A DNA stretch of 64,000 bases from Heteronotia binoei (Eukaryota): contig NC_083227.1 in assembly GCF_032191835.1 (NCBI RefSeq), forward strand, positions 83,080,001-83,144,000. The letters are read 5' to 3'. The notes under the pieces were generated by a model. The model ran no database searches, was not told the origin of the DNA, and worked only from the letters and a program-made list of their open reading frames with translations. Position 1 is the stretch's first letter. Every line of letters begins with the position of its first letter. A program made the translations under genes and the position numbers. Shown piece after piece: positions 12,049 through 24,134 of the stretch.

Positions 12049-14057
12049 CTACAAAGTATACTGCACCACTCCACACTACCAACCATTGTTTTAATTTGAC
12101 AATGCTGTTTTCAGCCCAAGATGTCAAAAGGCATCCATTTTGAGTAACTGGTCTTGTTCTGAAACAACCACAGTATTCTCCAGTAAATCAGTGATCAACA
12201 CAATGCCACTGCTTTACAGTGTGGTTCATGGATTTTTATGCAGAAACACTACACTACTCAGCTTCCAGCCATCTCTGTATTGTATCAAGAAGAAATTGTC
12301 CAGGTTTTGATCCTGATGTGATGATGAGAATGAACTGGGCATGTTTCACATATTTGATACAGAGGCATCGTTTTATAATTAGAACTTATTATTTTACTGT
12401 TATTATCTATCACCTCCCTTCATGTTTTGTTCTTCTAATGTGTGCAGAAGGCCCCTCTCTTCCTTTCTCTGTGGTATTGCAGGACTCCCTCCCACCTAGT
12501 TCCTTCTTTGTATTTCTGTCTGTCTTCTTCGCTCATCTCTCCATCCTCAGCTGCATCTCTGCATCTCTTTTATTGCTTTCTGCTTCATAATAGTTTCTTC
12601 ATTGGATGGTTTTCCATCTTCCGTTGATGCCTGCCTGTCTCTTCTTCTCTCTCCTGGTTTCTGCCTCATTTCTCTCTCTTTCCCAATTCCCCCCTCCCAC
12701 CAGTGCCGGAACTTCTTTCTTTTATTTTTCCCCCTACCTCCCACCCTCTATAGTGCTGTTATCTGTGATTTTGGCAAAGAGCACATTTATTGGGGAGGAA
12801 TATCCCCATGGCAACGCAGCAGATGGTGACTTTTGATTAGCTTGGCTCTTTTCCCCCCCGACTGCCAAATCACAATCCGTCTTTGAAATTAAATCAGGCT
12901 GCGATAGGATCAGTTGTTCTGGAGAGGGGACGAGAGAGAAACAAGACTGAAGTATTACAGCAGGAGCCAGGATGTAATGCAAATTCGTGTTTTTTAACCC
13001 CAGCAATAAACCTCCCCTGTTCATTCTGGGAGCAGGAGGAACCACAAGAGACAGGATAATAACATTTTAAAAATGATGTTTAAAAATTTGATCACTGTGC
13101 ATCAGTTTCTCACTTCTACCATATCTTTGTTACCATTTTTGTCTTCTGTGATGCTGATGTCATTCAGAGTTGAGTCACCTGGGCATTTCTTGGTCTAATC
13201 CTGCTTCTGCTTAACTGCAGGGACTATCTCTATGCCAATCCAAATACAACTCAGGAACACACTAGGAGATGGATTTTGGAAGCTCTACATGCTAGTTGAA
13301 AAGGTGCTCAAAATTTTAATATGTTAGCCAGAAGCTCCTCTTCAGGGACCCATCCTCATTCATAGGTAGTAATGCACAGAACTAATTCAACTAGAGCCAG
13401 GGCAGGTTAAAAGTGTGTTAGATGTACTGGGCAAGTTGAAGCAGCTATTGAATTACTGGTAGGGTTGCCAGCTTCCAAATGGAGCTGGAGTTCTTCTGGA
13501 ATTATATGCAATCTCCATACTGCAGAGATCTGTTCCATGGGGGAAAATGGGAGATTTGTGATGCTTTGTGATACGTTTGAAACTGATGTAAATCTGAGCT
13601 GCTTTTAGCCCAATGCAAATAAGAAAGGCTCATTCGTTTAATTATATCCCACCTTTCTCCAGGAATGCAAGCTGGAGCCACATTTCATTCATTCACAGTG
13701 TTTCTTCAGCATTTTAACTATTTGGACCCTGCAGCAAGTGCTGTTCTCCAGAAATCTTGGGTGTAATACACGAGGTGCTCATGTGGTATGTCCTTCCTCT
13801 ATGTTGTCCCAGTTCCTGAGAGTTGGGTTGTTTTTTGTTTTCGATGCACTGAGACTGCTGGCTTCCCTCTCATGACTTGGAGCTTCTGATACTACCAGAA
13901 TAGTGTGAAAGGAGCTCCACTGAAGTGCCTCCCACAATGCGATGCAAACGCTGAGTGGAGCTTGAAGTGTTTTTTTCATTAGCTACACTTGTGAGAATTT
14001 AAAGTTCACTGGAACAGTGCTATCCTTTCTCCTCCAATTCATGTTGGCCCTGAAGTC

Positions 14058-14709
14058 GACTTCCTGATCTTTTTAACTGGAGATGCTGGAAACTCAACCT
14101 GGGACCTTCTGCATACCAAGCAGATGCTTTGCCACTGAGCCAAGGCCTCCATTTTGGTTGCAAATCACCAACCATACATTAGAACAAGTGCTTTCATCCA
14201 TTCTAACCTGACTGCTGAGCAATTTAATTGCATGCTCATGAGTTCTTGTATTGTGAGAAAGGGAGAAAAGTACTTCTTTCTCTACCTTCTCTATCCTGTG
14301 CATAATCTTATAAACCTCTATCATGTCACCCCTCAGTCAACATTTCTCCATGTTCCAACCCTTTAATCATTCTAGTTGCCCTTTTCTGCACTTTTTCCAA
14401 TGCTATATCTTTTTTGAGGTGTGATGACCAAAATTGAACATGGTACTCCAAATGAAGCCACACCATTGATTTATATAGGGGCATTATGATACTGGCTGAT
14501 TTGTTTTCAATTCCCTTCCTAATAATCCCCAGCATAGCGTTGGCCTTTTTTTATTGCAGTTCCACACTGTTTTGACTTCCTGATCTTTTTAACTGGACAT
14601 GCTGGAAACTAAACCTGGGACCTTCTGCATACCAAGCAGATGCTCTGCCACTGAGCCAAGGCCTCCATTTTGGTTGCAAGTCACCAACCATACACTAGAA
14701 CAATTGCTT
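14058..14709. repeat. 136-bp direct duplication (14058-14193 and 14574-14709) flanking a CR1 fragment
   Basis: Both copies read gacttcctgatcttt...aactgg...gggaccttctgcataccaagcagatgct...gagccaaggcctccattttggttgcaa...tagaacaa.tgctt, with only a few substitutions. Confidence 0.95.
14194..14573 (-). mobile_element. CR1 LINE internal fragment (late ORF2, no 3' end)
   Basis: ORFs 14326-14535 (LGIIRKGIENKSASIIMPLYKSMV...LEYHVQFWS) and 14094-14324 (MIEVYKIMH). Homologous to about 43500-43940. Confidence 0.93.
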
Positions 14710-15742
14710 ATTTTGGTAGGTTAATGTCACCGTGATGGACCAAATCCTATATGATCTATAAACATTGGTGGATATATCTCTGGATTTTTCCACATGTTCA
14801 ATATGTAATTGTTTTGCAGTTGTCATTCGTTCTGCTAGATAGTCCTTCAGTATACAGACCTTATAGTGGGAATATTCCACATTCTTCAGGATCATATGAT
14901 GATGTTACAATTGTAGCGTAGAATGTGGCTGTAGGACAGTCAAGCAGTTAGCAGCTATGACATTACCATTGACCAGCAAATCAAAACCTCTCCCCATGCC
15001 CAAACATTCTGTGATCTTTTTAAACTCATTGAAATTAATAACTTTATACTAGTTTAACTTTGTGTTGGACTGTAGATCTGCATTTGAAATGCCATGTGTT
15101 GTTTGTGCTTTCTGTCCTTGTTTCAATTTTCTTTTTTAAATAGAAAAGTTACAGAGAAAGGCCATAAACATTTCTAAGGCTTTGGAAAGTTTCCATACAA
15201 AGAGGGAAGGAGAAAAAAAAAAACAGGATTTTAAACAAAAACCTGTTACAGAGTTACAAAAAACATGGGGGGTGGGGTTATTATGTAAAGAGAAATTATG
15301 CCAATAATTTATTTACTTTTCTGCACAAATTATAAAAGATAAGGGAAACATCATAAGATGATCAGGCAACATAATTCAAATAACAGGAAGCTGTTTTTAG
15401 ACAATGTTCATTCATAATCCATGTTATTCATCACAGTGGGAAGTTGTAAGGTTTGTAATATAGCTGGATTAAAGTAGTGATGGTCCACCACGGGCTCTTA
15501 GCCAAGCTCATAAGGAAGTGCATCCACATCGTCAAAGGTGTCCCTAAAACCTCCAATAGCAGAATCTAGGAGTGAACAATAAAGACAGATCTCTGTGCTT
15601 CTCCTGTTTCTTACATAATGTGCCTCTGAAAAATTTTGTTAGGTAATCAAGAGGTTGAAAAAAACCAAACCAAGATGATCTAATACTAAATAAAGGAAAT
15701 CATAAAAATACATAGATTTACATGGACTAGAGAGCAATAAAA

Positions 15743-15877
15743 NNNNNNNNNNNNNNNNNNNNNNNNNNNNNNNNNNNNNNNNNNNNNNNNNNNNNNNNNN
15801 NNNNNNNNNNNNNNNNNNNNNNNNNNNNNNNNNNNNNNNNNNNNNNNNNNNNNNNNNNNNNNNNNNNNNNNNNNNNN
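15743..15877. other. Assembly gap (135 N)
   Basis: Run of n in the sequence. Confidence 1.
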
Positions 15878-17304
15878 CGAAGATTTAAGAAGGGTGCAAT
15901 AGTCCATGTTTGCTGCAGGCTCGCTGGTGGCTGACAAGACCAATGCGGGACAGGCAGGTCCGGCCACAGCGGCTGCAGGGAAAAGTCTGATTTAGGGTTG
16001 GTCCTGTAGCAGTGCGATTCTTCCTCAATCTCCTTTTGTCCTCAAGACCAGCTATGCGTGCGTTCTCAAAAGAAGAGACAGCCTGGTGGATGGTGTGCCT
16101 CCATGCTTTGCGATCTGAGGCTAGGTCAGACCACTGGTGATGGTTGATGTGACAGGTGCTAAGGGATTTCTTCAAGGAGTCCCTGTACCTCTTCTTTGGT
16201 GCCCCTCTATTTCGATGGCCGGTGGAGAGTTCGCCATACAGGGCAATCTTGGGAAGGCGGTGGTTTTCCATCCTAGAAATATGCCCTGCCCAGCGCAGCT
16301 GCGTCTTCAACAGCAGTGCCTCGATGCTGGTAACCTCCGCCCTCTTGAGGACTTCAGTGTTGGTCACAAAGTCACTCCACTGGATGTTGAGGATGGTGCG
16401 AAGGCAGCGCTGATGAAAGCGCTCAAGGAGTCGCAGGTGATGACAGTATAAAACCCATGATTCGGAGCCGTAGATGAGGGTTGTCATCACAACCGCTTTG
16501 TAAACATTGATCTTTGTGCCTTTTTTCAGATGCTTGTTGCTCCACACTCTTTTATGCAGTCGGCCAAATGCACGGTTTGCCTTTGCCAGCCTGTTGTCAA
16601 TCTCCTTGTCGATCTTGGCATCTGAGGAGATGATGCACCCCAGGTAGCTGAACTGCTGCACTGTCTTCAGAACTGATTCACCCACAATGATGCAGGGAGG
16701 GTGATAATCTTCCTGGGGTGCAGGCTGGTGGAGAACTTCTGTCTTCTTCAGACTAACTTCTAGGCCGAATAGCTTGGCAGCCTCTGCAAAGCAGGACGTC
16801 ATATGCTGCAGAGCTGATACCGAGTGGGAGACGAGTGCAGCATCATCAGCAAACAGTAGCTCTCGGATGAGTTTTTCCATTGTCTTGGAGTGTGCCTTTA
16901 GTCGCCTCAGGTTGAACAGGCTGCCATCGGTGCGATAGCGGATGTATACACCATCGTCATCATCTAGATCTACTGCGGCTCTTTGAAGCATCATGCTAAA
17001 GAAGATCGTAAAGAGAGTTGGCGCGAGAACGCAGCCTTGCTTTACACCTGTGCCTATTGGGAAGGGCTCCGAGAGGTCGTTGCAGTGTCTGACTTGGCCT
17101 CGCTGGTCTTCGTGTAGCTGGATGATCATGCTGAGGAACCTTGGGGGACATCCTAAATGTTCCAAGATTTGCCACAGGCCTTTCCTGCTAACGGTATCGA
17201 AAGCTTTGGTAAGGTCGACAAAAGTCACATACAGAGCCTTATTCTGTTCCCTGCATTTCTCTTGGAGCTGCCTGAGAACAAATACCATGTCGGTGGTGCT
17301 CCTG

Positions 17305-17307
<3 letters not shown>
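15878..17307 (-). mobile_element. RTE-clade LINE, 5'-truncated, young
   Basis: Colinear with the copy at 53796-56300. 5' truncation at 17307; the 3' end abuts the gap. Confidence 0.95.
15885..17288 (-). CDS. RTE LINE reverse transcriptase plus C-terminal CCHC domain (uninterrupted 467-aa partial ORF)
   Basis: RT motifs FVDLTKAFDTV, GVKQGCVLAPTLF and LLFADD; C-terminal CSRCGRTCLSRIGLVSHQRAC. Confidence 0.9.
   Translation of the reverse strand: MVFVLRQLQEKCREQNKALYVTFVDLTKAFDTVSRKGLWQILEHLGCPPRFLSMIIQLHEDQRGQVRHCNDLSEPFPIGTGVKQGCVLAPTLFTIFFSMMLQRAAVDLDDDDGVYIRYRTDGSLFNLRRLKAHSKTMEKLIRELLFADDAALVSHSVSALQHMTSCFAEAAKLFGLEVSLKKTEVLHQPAPQEDYHPPCIIVGESVLKTVQQFSYLGCIISSDAKIDKEIDNRLAKANRAFGRLHKRVWSNKHLKKGTKINVYKAVVMTTLIYGSESWVLYCHHLRLLERFHQRCLRTILNIQWSDFVTNTEVLKRAEVTSIEALLLKTQLRWAGHISRMENHRLPKIALYGELSTGHRNRGAPKKRYRDSLKKSLSTCHINHHQWSDLASDRKAWRHTIHQAVSSFENARIAGLEDKRRLRKNRTATGPTLNQTFPCSRCGRTCLSRIGLVSHQRACSKHGLLHPS

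Positions 17308-17309
<2 letters not shown>

Positions 17310-17336
<27 letters not shown>
17310..17336. repeat. (TA)n microsatellite at the RTE 5' junction
   Basis: Read directly. Confidence 0.95.
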
Positions 17337-17340
<4 letters not shown>

Positions 17341-17467
17341 CCTCAATTTAGCAATGTCCTCATATGTTGAAACATTATTAAAGAGAATAATGACAAACAC
17401 TAGGACATCTGATAAGTCCCTTTCAGATAGCTAGAACAAACTCTGTAGTCAACAGATCATACATGGG

Positions 17468-17837
17468 TAGGATTGCCACATCCTACCATTCTGTCAGTGA
17501 GGGACTTGAAGGTCTTCTCCAGGAATTGTTGGCTGTGCATGCAAAGTGCAAGGATGTCACCCAGGAGTGACATCATCACAACACCACCACACTCTAGTTT
17601 TGGGGCAAAACCCTATGGTTTGAAACTTTGAGCCCAAATTTACTAGTTTTGCCCAAAAACTAGAGTGTTGCTACACAGTACTAGTGGCATAATGACATCA
17701 CTTCTGGGTGATGTCATTGCACTGCATTTTGAGGCATTTGTGGGCGGGGTTTCTCCCACTGGGCAGCTAGCCAATGGTGGGAAGGGGCCCACAAAACTAG
17801 TGGAGCCTCTGCCTGGACTGGGGAGCTGACAACCCTA
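17468..17837. mobile_element. TAGGGTTGCC-family hAT MITE, 370 bp
   Basis: Perfect TSD tacatggg at 17460-17467 and 17838-17845. Termini taggattgcc and gacaacccta. Confidence 0.9.
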
Positions 17838-17845
17838 TACATGGG

Positions 17846-18317
17846 TATATCCCCCAGAGAGCACTATGCTCATGGAAGAAGAACTTACTGGTGATCCCTG
17901 GCCTGAAAAGTATCTAGCTGCTCTCAACCAGAGCCAGGACTTTTTTGGCCCTGGTGCTGATCTGGTGGAACTCTCTGCTGAATAATATCCATGCCCTGCA
18001 GGACTTAATGGAACATTTCTGTTTTACAGGGCCTGTAGGACAGAGATGTTCCACCAGGCCTATGGTGTTGAGGACACCAAGGGTTTTCCATCTAGCCTGG
18101 CTCCTTCCTTCCTTCCTTCCTTCTCCTCCCATGAGGAAATAGAACACTAAGCTGTGTACTCTTATATACCATCTGTAAACTGGTACATTAGTTGAATTAT
18201 TAAGATTCCTTTAATTGTTTTTAACCTTGATTTGTGAATGTTGTTATTGGAAATACTGTCCCCCACTATGAGCACTGTTGCATAGGGGAAGATAGGCTAT
18301 AAATCTAAATAAATAAA
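17846..18317 (+). mobile_element. L2-clade LINE 3' end
   Basis: ccccagagagcact...accagagccaggac...tggaactctctg, then tail ggctataaatctaaataaataaa. Confidence 0.8.
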
Positions 18318-19219
18318 TTGTCTCTAAAGCCTTCTTCAGTGGTCTTTGATAAATCATACACACCATTTATCTATTAGTTGCATAAAATAGAATAGACCTG
18401 AGCAAGCACAAAAACAATCACAAAATATACTATAAGCAGTCTTGGAATGGGTTAATATAAAATCCAATCTTCCATATATCCATTCCAACAGGTATTCTTC
18501 TATCATAAAAAGGGATGCTGTTATTTCTAATGTCCTGTGTAAACTTCTAGACCTGATCAGGCCAAACCATTTCCACACAGCATGTATATCAACAGAGATA
18601 AATCTTTTTTTCATTTAAAGGTACTGATATACACATAAAAACCCCAAATACCAGGAAATGTAAAATCAAAATAATATTCATGGAAAGGCAACTTCAGTTT
18701 ATCGCACTTAAATTTACCATACCTGACTTTCTTAAGCAGTCAGCACCTATCCTGACTGAACTGTGTATCTCTTTAGATGAGTTGAGACAATTAGGCAGGA
18801 AAACCAACAAAAAACTAAGGGTACAATTAAGATTGTGATATAGAGAAGAAGGGGTGCCTGTCTCGCTCTACCATGTGACCAAAGGCCAAATTAAACTACA
18901 TGTGAAACGTAGGGGAGAGGCATATGGGCTAGGGTTCTGTGTATTAGGATTTAATTCTTCCTCTCATGTTGCTCTTTTGATCACAAATACCATCCTGGCC
19001 TACTTTAAACCCTGATAGGGGAGGGGGGGGAGAGAAAAGCACAGTGTAGGTATCAATCTTTATTCTCTATTTTGGTTTACAGCAGACTGAGCAAGAGAAG
19101 CATTCACAAACAAGGAAATGGCAAGGGTGGGGGAAGAAATGAAATGCCTCTTCCTCAGCACAATGGTTCCAGTTTATATGTTTCTGTCAGCATTTCCTAT
19201 GTAATAGACATAATACATA

Positions 19220-19436
19220 GTGTGTGCCCCTAGACCAACCTCAAAAAACAGCCCACCCCCCGGAGCCCCATATACTAACAGATCAATTCTCCATTATACC
19301 CTATGGGGATTGGTCTCCATAGGGTATAATGGAGCACCCAGCTGCTATTCCCCCCCCCCCCCAAACATTTTCTAATAGCTCTGAAGGGCTCCAAACCAGG
19401 AGATCCCCTGCCCCCAACTAGGGATTGACAACTCCA
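19220..19436. mobile_element. TAGGGTTGCC-family MITE fragment
   Basis: acctcaaaaaacagccc...gatcaattctccattatacc...gggattgacaactc matches the internal and right-end sequence of 22854-23692 and 52107-52633. Confidence 0.7.
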
Positions 19437-19464
19437 TAGGAAGACTTTGGGGGGGGGGGGGTCT

Positions 19465-19668
19465 ATAGCAGGCTCCAGGTTGACTCGGTCTTCCGTCCTT
19501 CCGAGGTCGGTAAAATGAGTACCCAGCTTGCTGGGGGGAAAGTGTAGATGACTGGGGAAGGCAATGGTAAACTACCTCGTAAAAAGTCTACCGTGAAAAT
19601 GGTGTGAAAGCAACGTCACCCCAGAGTCAGAAACGACTGGTGCTTACACAGGGGACTACCTTTACTTT
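19465..19668 (+). mobile_element. Sauria SINE, 5'-truncated
   Basis: ggttgactcggtcttccgtccttccgaggtcggtaaaatgagtaccc...ggggactacctttacttt. Confidence 0.9.
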
Positions 19669-20569
19669 CAGTTACAAACAATTTGAACCTTTCATTGGAT
19701 GACTTTTCATGTAATACAGTGCAATTGGCAGGTTTTTAAAAATACATTTTACATCTTATCATTTAGAGTTCATTTAAGACTCTGTGCTACTGCTATTAAT
19801 TTTCACACAGGCTGACAGGAGATGTGGTCCTCATCTGCGTCATTTAACTACCTGACTTGACTATCCTTGACCCTGGGTAGAATCATCTCACTGCTCCTGC
19901 ACAGATGCAAAGGCAAAACAAGGTAAAGAGGCAAAACTCCACCATTACAGCTGCTCCACTATTCAAGGCAAGTAAGTGATAGGTGAACAGAATAGAGGTT
20001 TAATTCATGGGGTATGGGCAGCTGTTGAACACTATGTTTACCTAGTAAACCTGTTCTCTGCAAAGTTCACACCATCCCTAACTTCTGAAGCTAATGCATG
20101 GAAGCTGTTAATTGGGGAGGGGGGAGGAGGAGAAGAAGTGTCTGTTGTGGGGAGAGGAAGGGAAGGTGATTGTAAGCCACTCTAAGACACCACTACTTCT
20201 CCTCCTCCTCGTAACGAGACATCCAATATTTAATTAAAACTATAATCATGCCCTTCCTTGCTTTCCCATGTGGAATTAAAATGGGAGAGAAAGGAAGCCA
20301 CCCCCTGCCCAAAGCAGGGAATCTGTCTTTCAGACTTTAAAGGGCATGGTAATATTGGAATTGGGAATCATGTCAAGGGGGGCACAAGTAGTATCAGATA
20401 TCGCTGATCCAGTACCCGAAATATCAGACGTTTTATCAGGTTTGCAGTATTTGACCATATACCCCTACAAATACTATTAGGGAGTAACTGAACCAGCAGT
20501 GGTCAGCCTTTCTTAGAGCAGTGGCCAGCCTTAGCTAGAGCAAAGTGTGGTATAGTGTCCCTTTAAAAA

Positions 20570-20835
20570 AGAAGACATTGGATATATACCGCACCCTTTA
20601 CTCTGAATCTCAGCAGCCTACAATCTCCTTTACCTTCCTCCCCCACAACAGGCACCCTGTGAGGTAGGTGGGACTGAAAGAGCTTTCACAGAAGCTGCCC
20701 TTTCAAGGACAGCTCTGCAAGAGCTATGGCTGACCCAAGGCCATTCCAGCAGCTACAAGAAGAGAAATGCAAAATCAAACCTGGTTCTCCCAGATAAGAG
20801 TCTGTGCACTTAACCACTACACCAGTCTGGCTCTC
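20570..20835 (-). mobile_element. Squam3/MIR-like tRNA SINE
   Basis: Same family as 11776-12048. Confidence 0.8.
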
Positions 20836-21364
20836 AGTTTAGTGTACATTATAAATTTCTCTCCCTCACCTGAGCTTTGGAGACATTCTACAGACAATAG
20901 AATTGCATGAGAATGGGAGGAGGGGCTTAGGCTTGACTCTGTGGCACTGCAGTTAGTTCCGTGAGCTTGCCTGCTGTAGTCTACTAGCGCCATAAAGCAA
21001 TGTTCCCTATTCTTATTGTGGGCCTATAACTACCGATGACCTCCCTTGAACTGAACAGGTATGTTTGTCATTTTATTTTCCTTCACCTTCACTAAGCCAA
21101 ATAATCTTCCTTTGACCCACAAATGGCAGTGTTTTGAACCAACACTCTCGAAGGGCTATCTCCACTCAAAAGAACTTGCCCATGCTCTGAACCCTGACCT
21201 GAATAGCCCAGGCTAGCCCAGTCTCATCAGATCTCAGAAGCTAAGCAGGATCAGCACTGGATAGTTATTTAGATAAGAGACCACCAAGGAAGTCCAGGAT
21301 TGATATGCAAAGACAGACAATGGCAAACCACTTCTGAATGTTTCTTGCCTTGAAAACCCTACAG

Positions 21365-22519
21365 CAGGGACAGGGAACCTCTGCCCCGAAGGCCATTTAC
21401 GGCCCTCAAGATCACTTGGTCTGGCTCTCGGGGATCACTGAGCCGAGCCATGTGGCTGGCTGGCAAGGATCATAGGGCCGAGCCATGCTGTGCAGCGGCC
21501 TCCCTGGGACCCGGCTGACTGGCAGGGATTGCAGGGTCCAGCTGTGCTGCGCAGCAGCCTCCCTGGAGCCTGGCTGACTGGCCAGGATCACTGCAGGGCC
21601 TGGAAAAGTCACTGTCACCGTTCAGGTAAGTTTCTCCCTCATTTCTTTATTTCCCTTTATTTTCTGATTTCTTTGTTTCCCTTTATTACCATTTCTTCCC
21701 CGCTTTCTTTATTTTCATTTATTACCTTTTCTTTCCCCCTTTCTTTATTTCCCTTTCTTCTCCCCTTTATTTCCTTTTCTTCCCTGCATTTCTTTATTTC
21801 TCTTTCTTTCCATTTCTTCTCCCCTTTGTTTCCCTTTCTTTCAATTTCTTCCCCACATTTCTTTATTTCCCTTTCTTTCCTCTTTCTTCCCCCTTTCTTC
21901 TCCCCATTTCTTTCTTCCCCTTTCTCCTTTCCTTCCTTCCCTCCCTCCCTTCCTCCCCCCACCCTCTTTCTGCGGAGCTTGAGTGGTGGACATTGTGAAG
22001 GACTGCTGCTGGAGTATATGGGTGCCTTTAAAAGGTCTGCTGGGAGCAGCTGTAGTTTCCGCATGAAGGGAGGGGTGGGAGCCAGCTACCACCAGTTCAA
22101 TTTGCACTTGATTATCCCAGATGGTGTGGCCTCATATGCTAATGAGTGTGTGGCCTGATATGCTAATATGAGGGGATGTGGTCTAATATGCTAATAAGTT
22201 CCTGCTGGGCTTTTTCTACAAAAAAAGCCCTGGACCTAGGCATTTGCATATGTGTGTGTTCGCATGCCAAATTAGGCTCTCCCCACATGACTTCAAATAG
22301 AAAAACAATTATTTGCATTAATTTTGCTGGCCTGAATCGTTCTCCCTCGACGGAACACTGTTTTTTAAGTTGATAATTTTGTATGGCCCTCGAATGGTGT
22401 TATAAATATCCAAATAGCCCTTGGCAGAAAAAAGTTTATTTATTACTTTAAATTTATTATTACTTTAAATTTCTATCCCGCCCTCTCTGCAAGCAGACTC
22501 AGGGTGGTTCCCCACCCCC
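21365..22519. mobile_element. Charlie-like non-autonomous hAT element
   Basis: Perfect TSD ccctacag at 21357-21364 and 22520-22527. Termini cagggacagggaacc and ggttcccacccccg. Contains GC-rich short repeats, a pyrimidine tract, a nested MITE end near 22232 and a very short L2 tail near 22437-22505. Confidence 0.85.
21630..21970. repeat. Polypyrimidine low-complexity tract (ttctttatttccc-like units)
   Basis: About 340 nt almost devoid of G on the plus strand. Confidence 0.95.
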
Positions 22520-22853
22520 GCCCTACAGGGTCACCATCTGTCGACTCTGAGATCTGCTGGTGGTGGTGGTGGTGCCCAGCTTCAGTAGCTCATACTGTTA
22601 GCTGGATCACATCTAAAACTTAACATGTATAGAAGGACTTTTGAGCATTCTCCCCTCCCTCTTCCCATTTAGAGCCCAGAATTCCTCCTCCAAATGCTGC
22701 TTCTGGGGGACAGGGGACTGCTAGAGACACCCTGAGAGGGAGTTGGAGAACTGAAACGGAAGAGGCTGAAATCAGTGGAAGTCCTCCCCCCCTCTAGTGC
22801 AAGAGGATCTTTTCAACAGGATCCAGCTGTTTGAGGTAAGACTGACAAGCACC

Positions 22854-23692
22854 TAGGGTTGCCAAGTTCAATTCAAGAAATATCTGGAGGCTTTGGGATG
22901 GAGCCAGGAGACACTGGGAGTGGAGCCTTAAGAAAAGTTGTGACAAGCACAATTGAACTCCAAAGAGAGTTCTGGCCATCACATTTAAAGGAACTGCACA
23001 CCTTTTAAATGCCTTCCCTACATTAGACATAATGAAGGATAGGGGCACCTTCTTTTGGGGCTCATAGAATTGGACCACCTGGTCCAATCTTTTTGAAACT
23101 TGGAGGGTGTTTTGAGGAGAAACATTGGATGCTATGCTGAAAATGTGGTGCCTCTACCTCAAAAAACAGCCCCTCCAGAGCCCCAGATACCCCCAGATCA
23201 ATTTTCCATTACACCCCATGAGAATCAATCTCCATAGGGAATAATAAAATGCCCCAGACATTTCCTCTCCCTCCTCCTGTTTCTGACAACACTGAAGCAG
23301 GGGAGAGCCTCCTCCCACCTGGGGATTGGCATCTCTTCTCACGAGTTGCTGAACTTCCAACTTCTTCAAAGTAGCACAGAGCAACTAAAAGTTCAAGTTT
23401 ACCTTTCCTATGCAAATGACCTCTGCAAAGACTGTGCAACAAACAGAGGGTCTGGGCTCCTTTCACAGCCATGTTGTTCTGCCTCTTTCCCTGCTCCCCT
23501 TCAGCCTTAAAGACGCAGACACACCATCCAAAGAGGAAGGCTTTCCAAGTAGAGATTGAAGCCTCTGGAGGTGGAGAGGCACATGATGGTTGTGGGGGCG
23601 GGGCTTCCCCCTGCCGGCCAGCTGACTGGGAGCAAGAAGGAGCCTGGGAAAGCGGGAGAATCCCTGCCGGGACCTGGGGATTGGCAAGCTTA
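22854..23692. mobile_element. TAGGGTTGCC-family hAT MITE, 839 bp
   Basis: Termini tagggttgccaag and ttggcaagctta. TSD caagcacc vs taagcacc, 7/8 match. Confidence 0.88.
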
Positions 23693-24134
23693 TAAGCACC
23701 TGTGATGGGGTCTTTTTTGCCATTCCACCTGAAATTTGTTTGGTCCCTTCTGGTGTGACTTTCAGTAGCAATACTAGGATATTTTTTTTTTCAGAAGGCC
23801 TTTGTCATGGGGTGGACTTTACTTGATAGTTAGATTTTAGGATTGTTGCTGTGCCATCTCTCATTCATTGCATATGAAAGTTATTAATTTACTGATTTCA
23901 TATGTAATGTTTTATTATAATCTGATTTACTTATGTGACAAGACACCATGGGTGTTTTATTGGAACAGGGAGTGGTGAGAAACAAATTTACTAAAAACAC
24001 AAATAGAATAAATTCTGCATTGGCCAGTGATACAGACGAAATGATCTTTCTGCTCATCATAATTTGCAGACTCCTTTAAAAAAAATTCCCTGCAACTAAG
24101 AACATGTGAATAAAGGAAATCTGTCATGCTGGCA

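Larger units (their letters stand above)
21196..22560 (+). mobile_element. 5S-derived SINE split by a hAT insertion (parts 21196-21364 and 22528-22560)
   Basis: 5S-like head (catcagatctcagaagctaagcagg). The tail gaaaaccctacag resumes as ggtcaccat after the duplicated ccctacag. Confidence 0.85.

Noticed and set aside
14710-15742. Possible L1 or LTR fragment next to the gap
   Set aside because: Looks repeat-like, but I could not find a diagnostic motif, so it is left unclassified.
16137-17370. Plus-strand ORFs of 64-125 aa, and the equivalents at 54726-56226 on minus
   Set aside because: Antisense or alternative frames of the RTE RT coding sequence.
21490-22158. 222-aa plus-strand ORF and 135-aa minus-strand ORF (F/S-rich and K/E-rich)
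   Set aside because: Both are produced by the stop-free pyrimidine tract inside a transposon.
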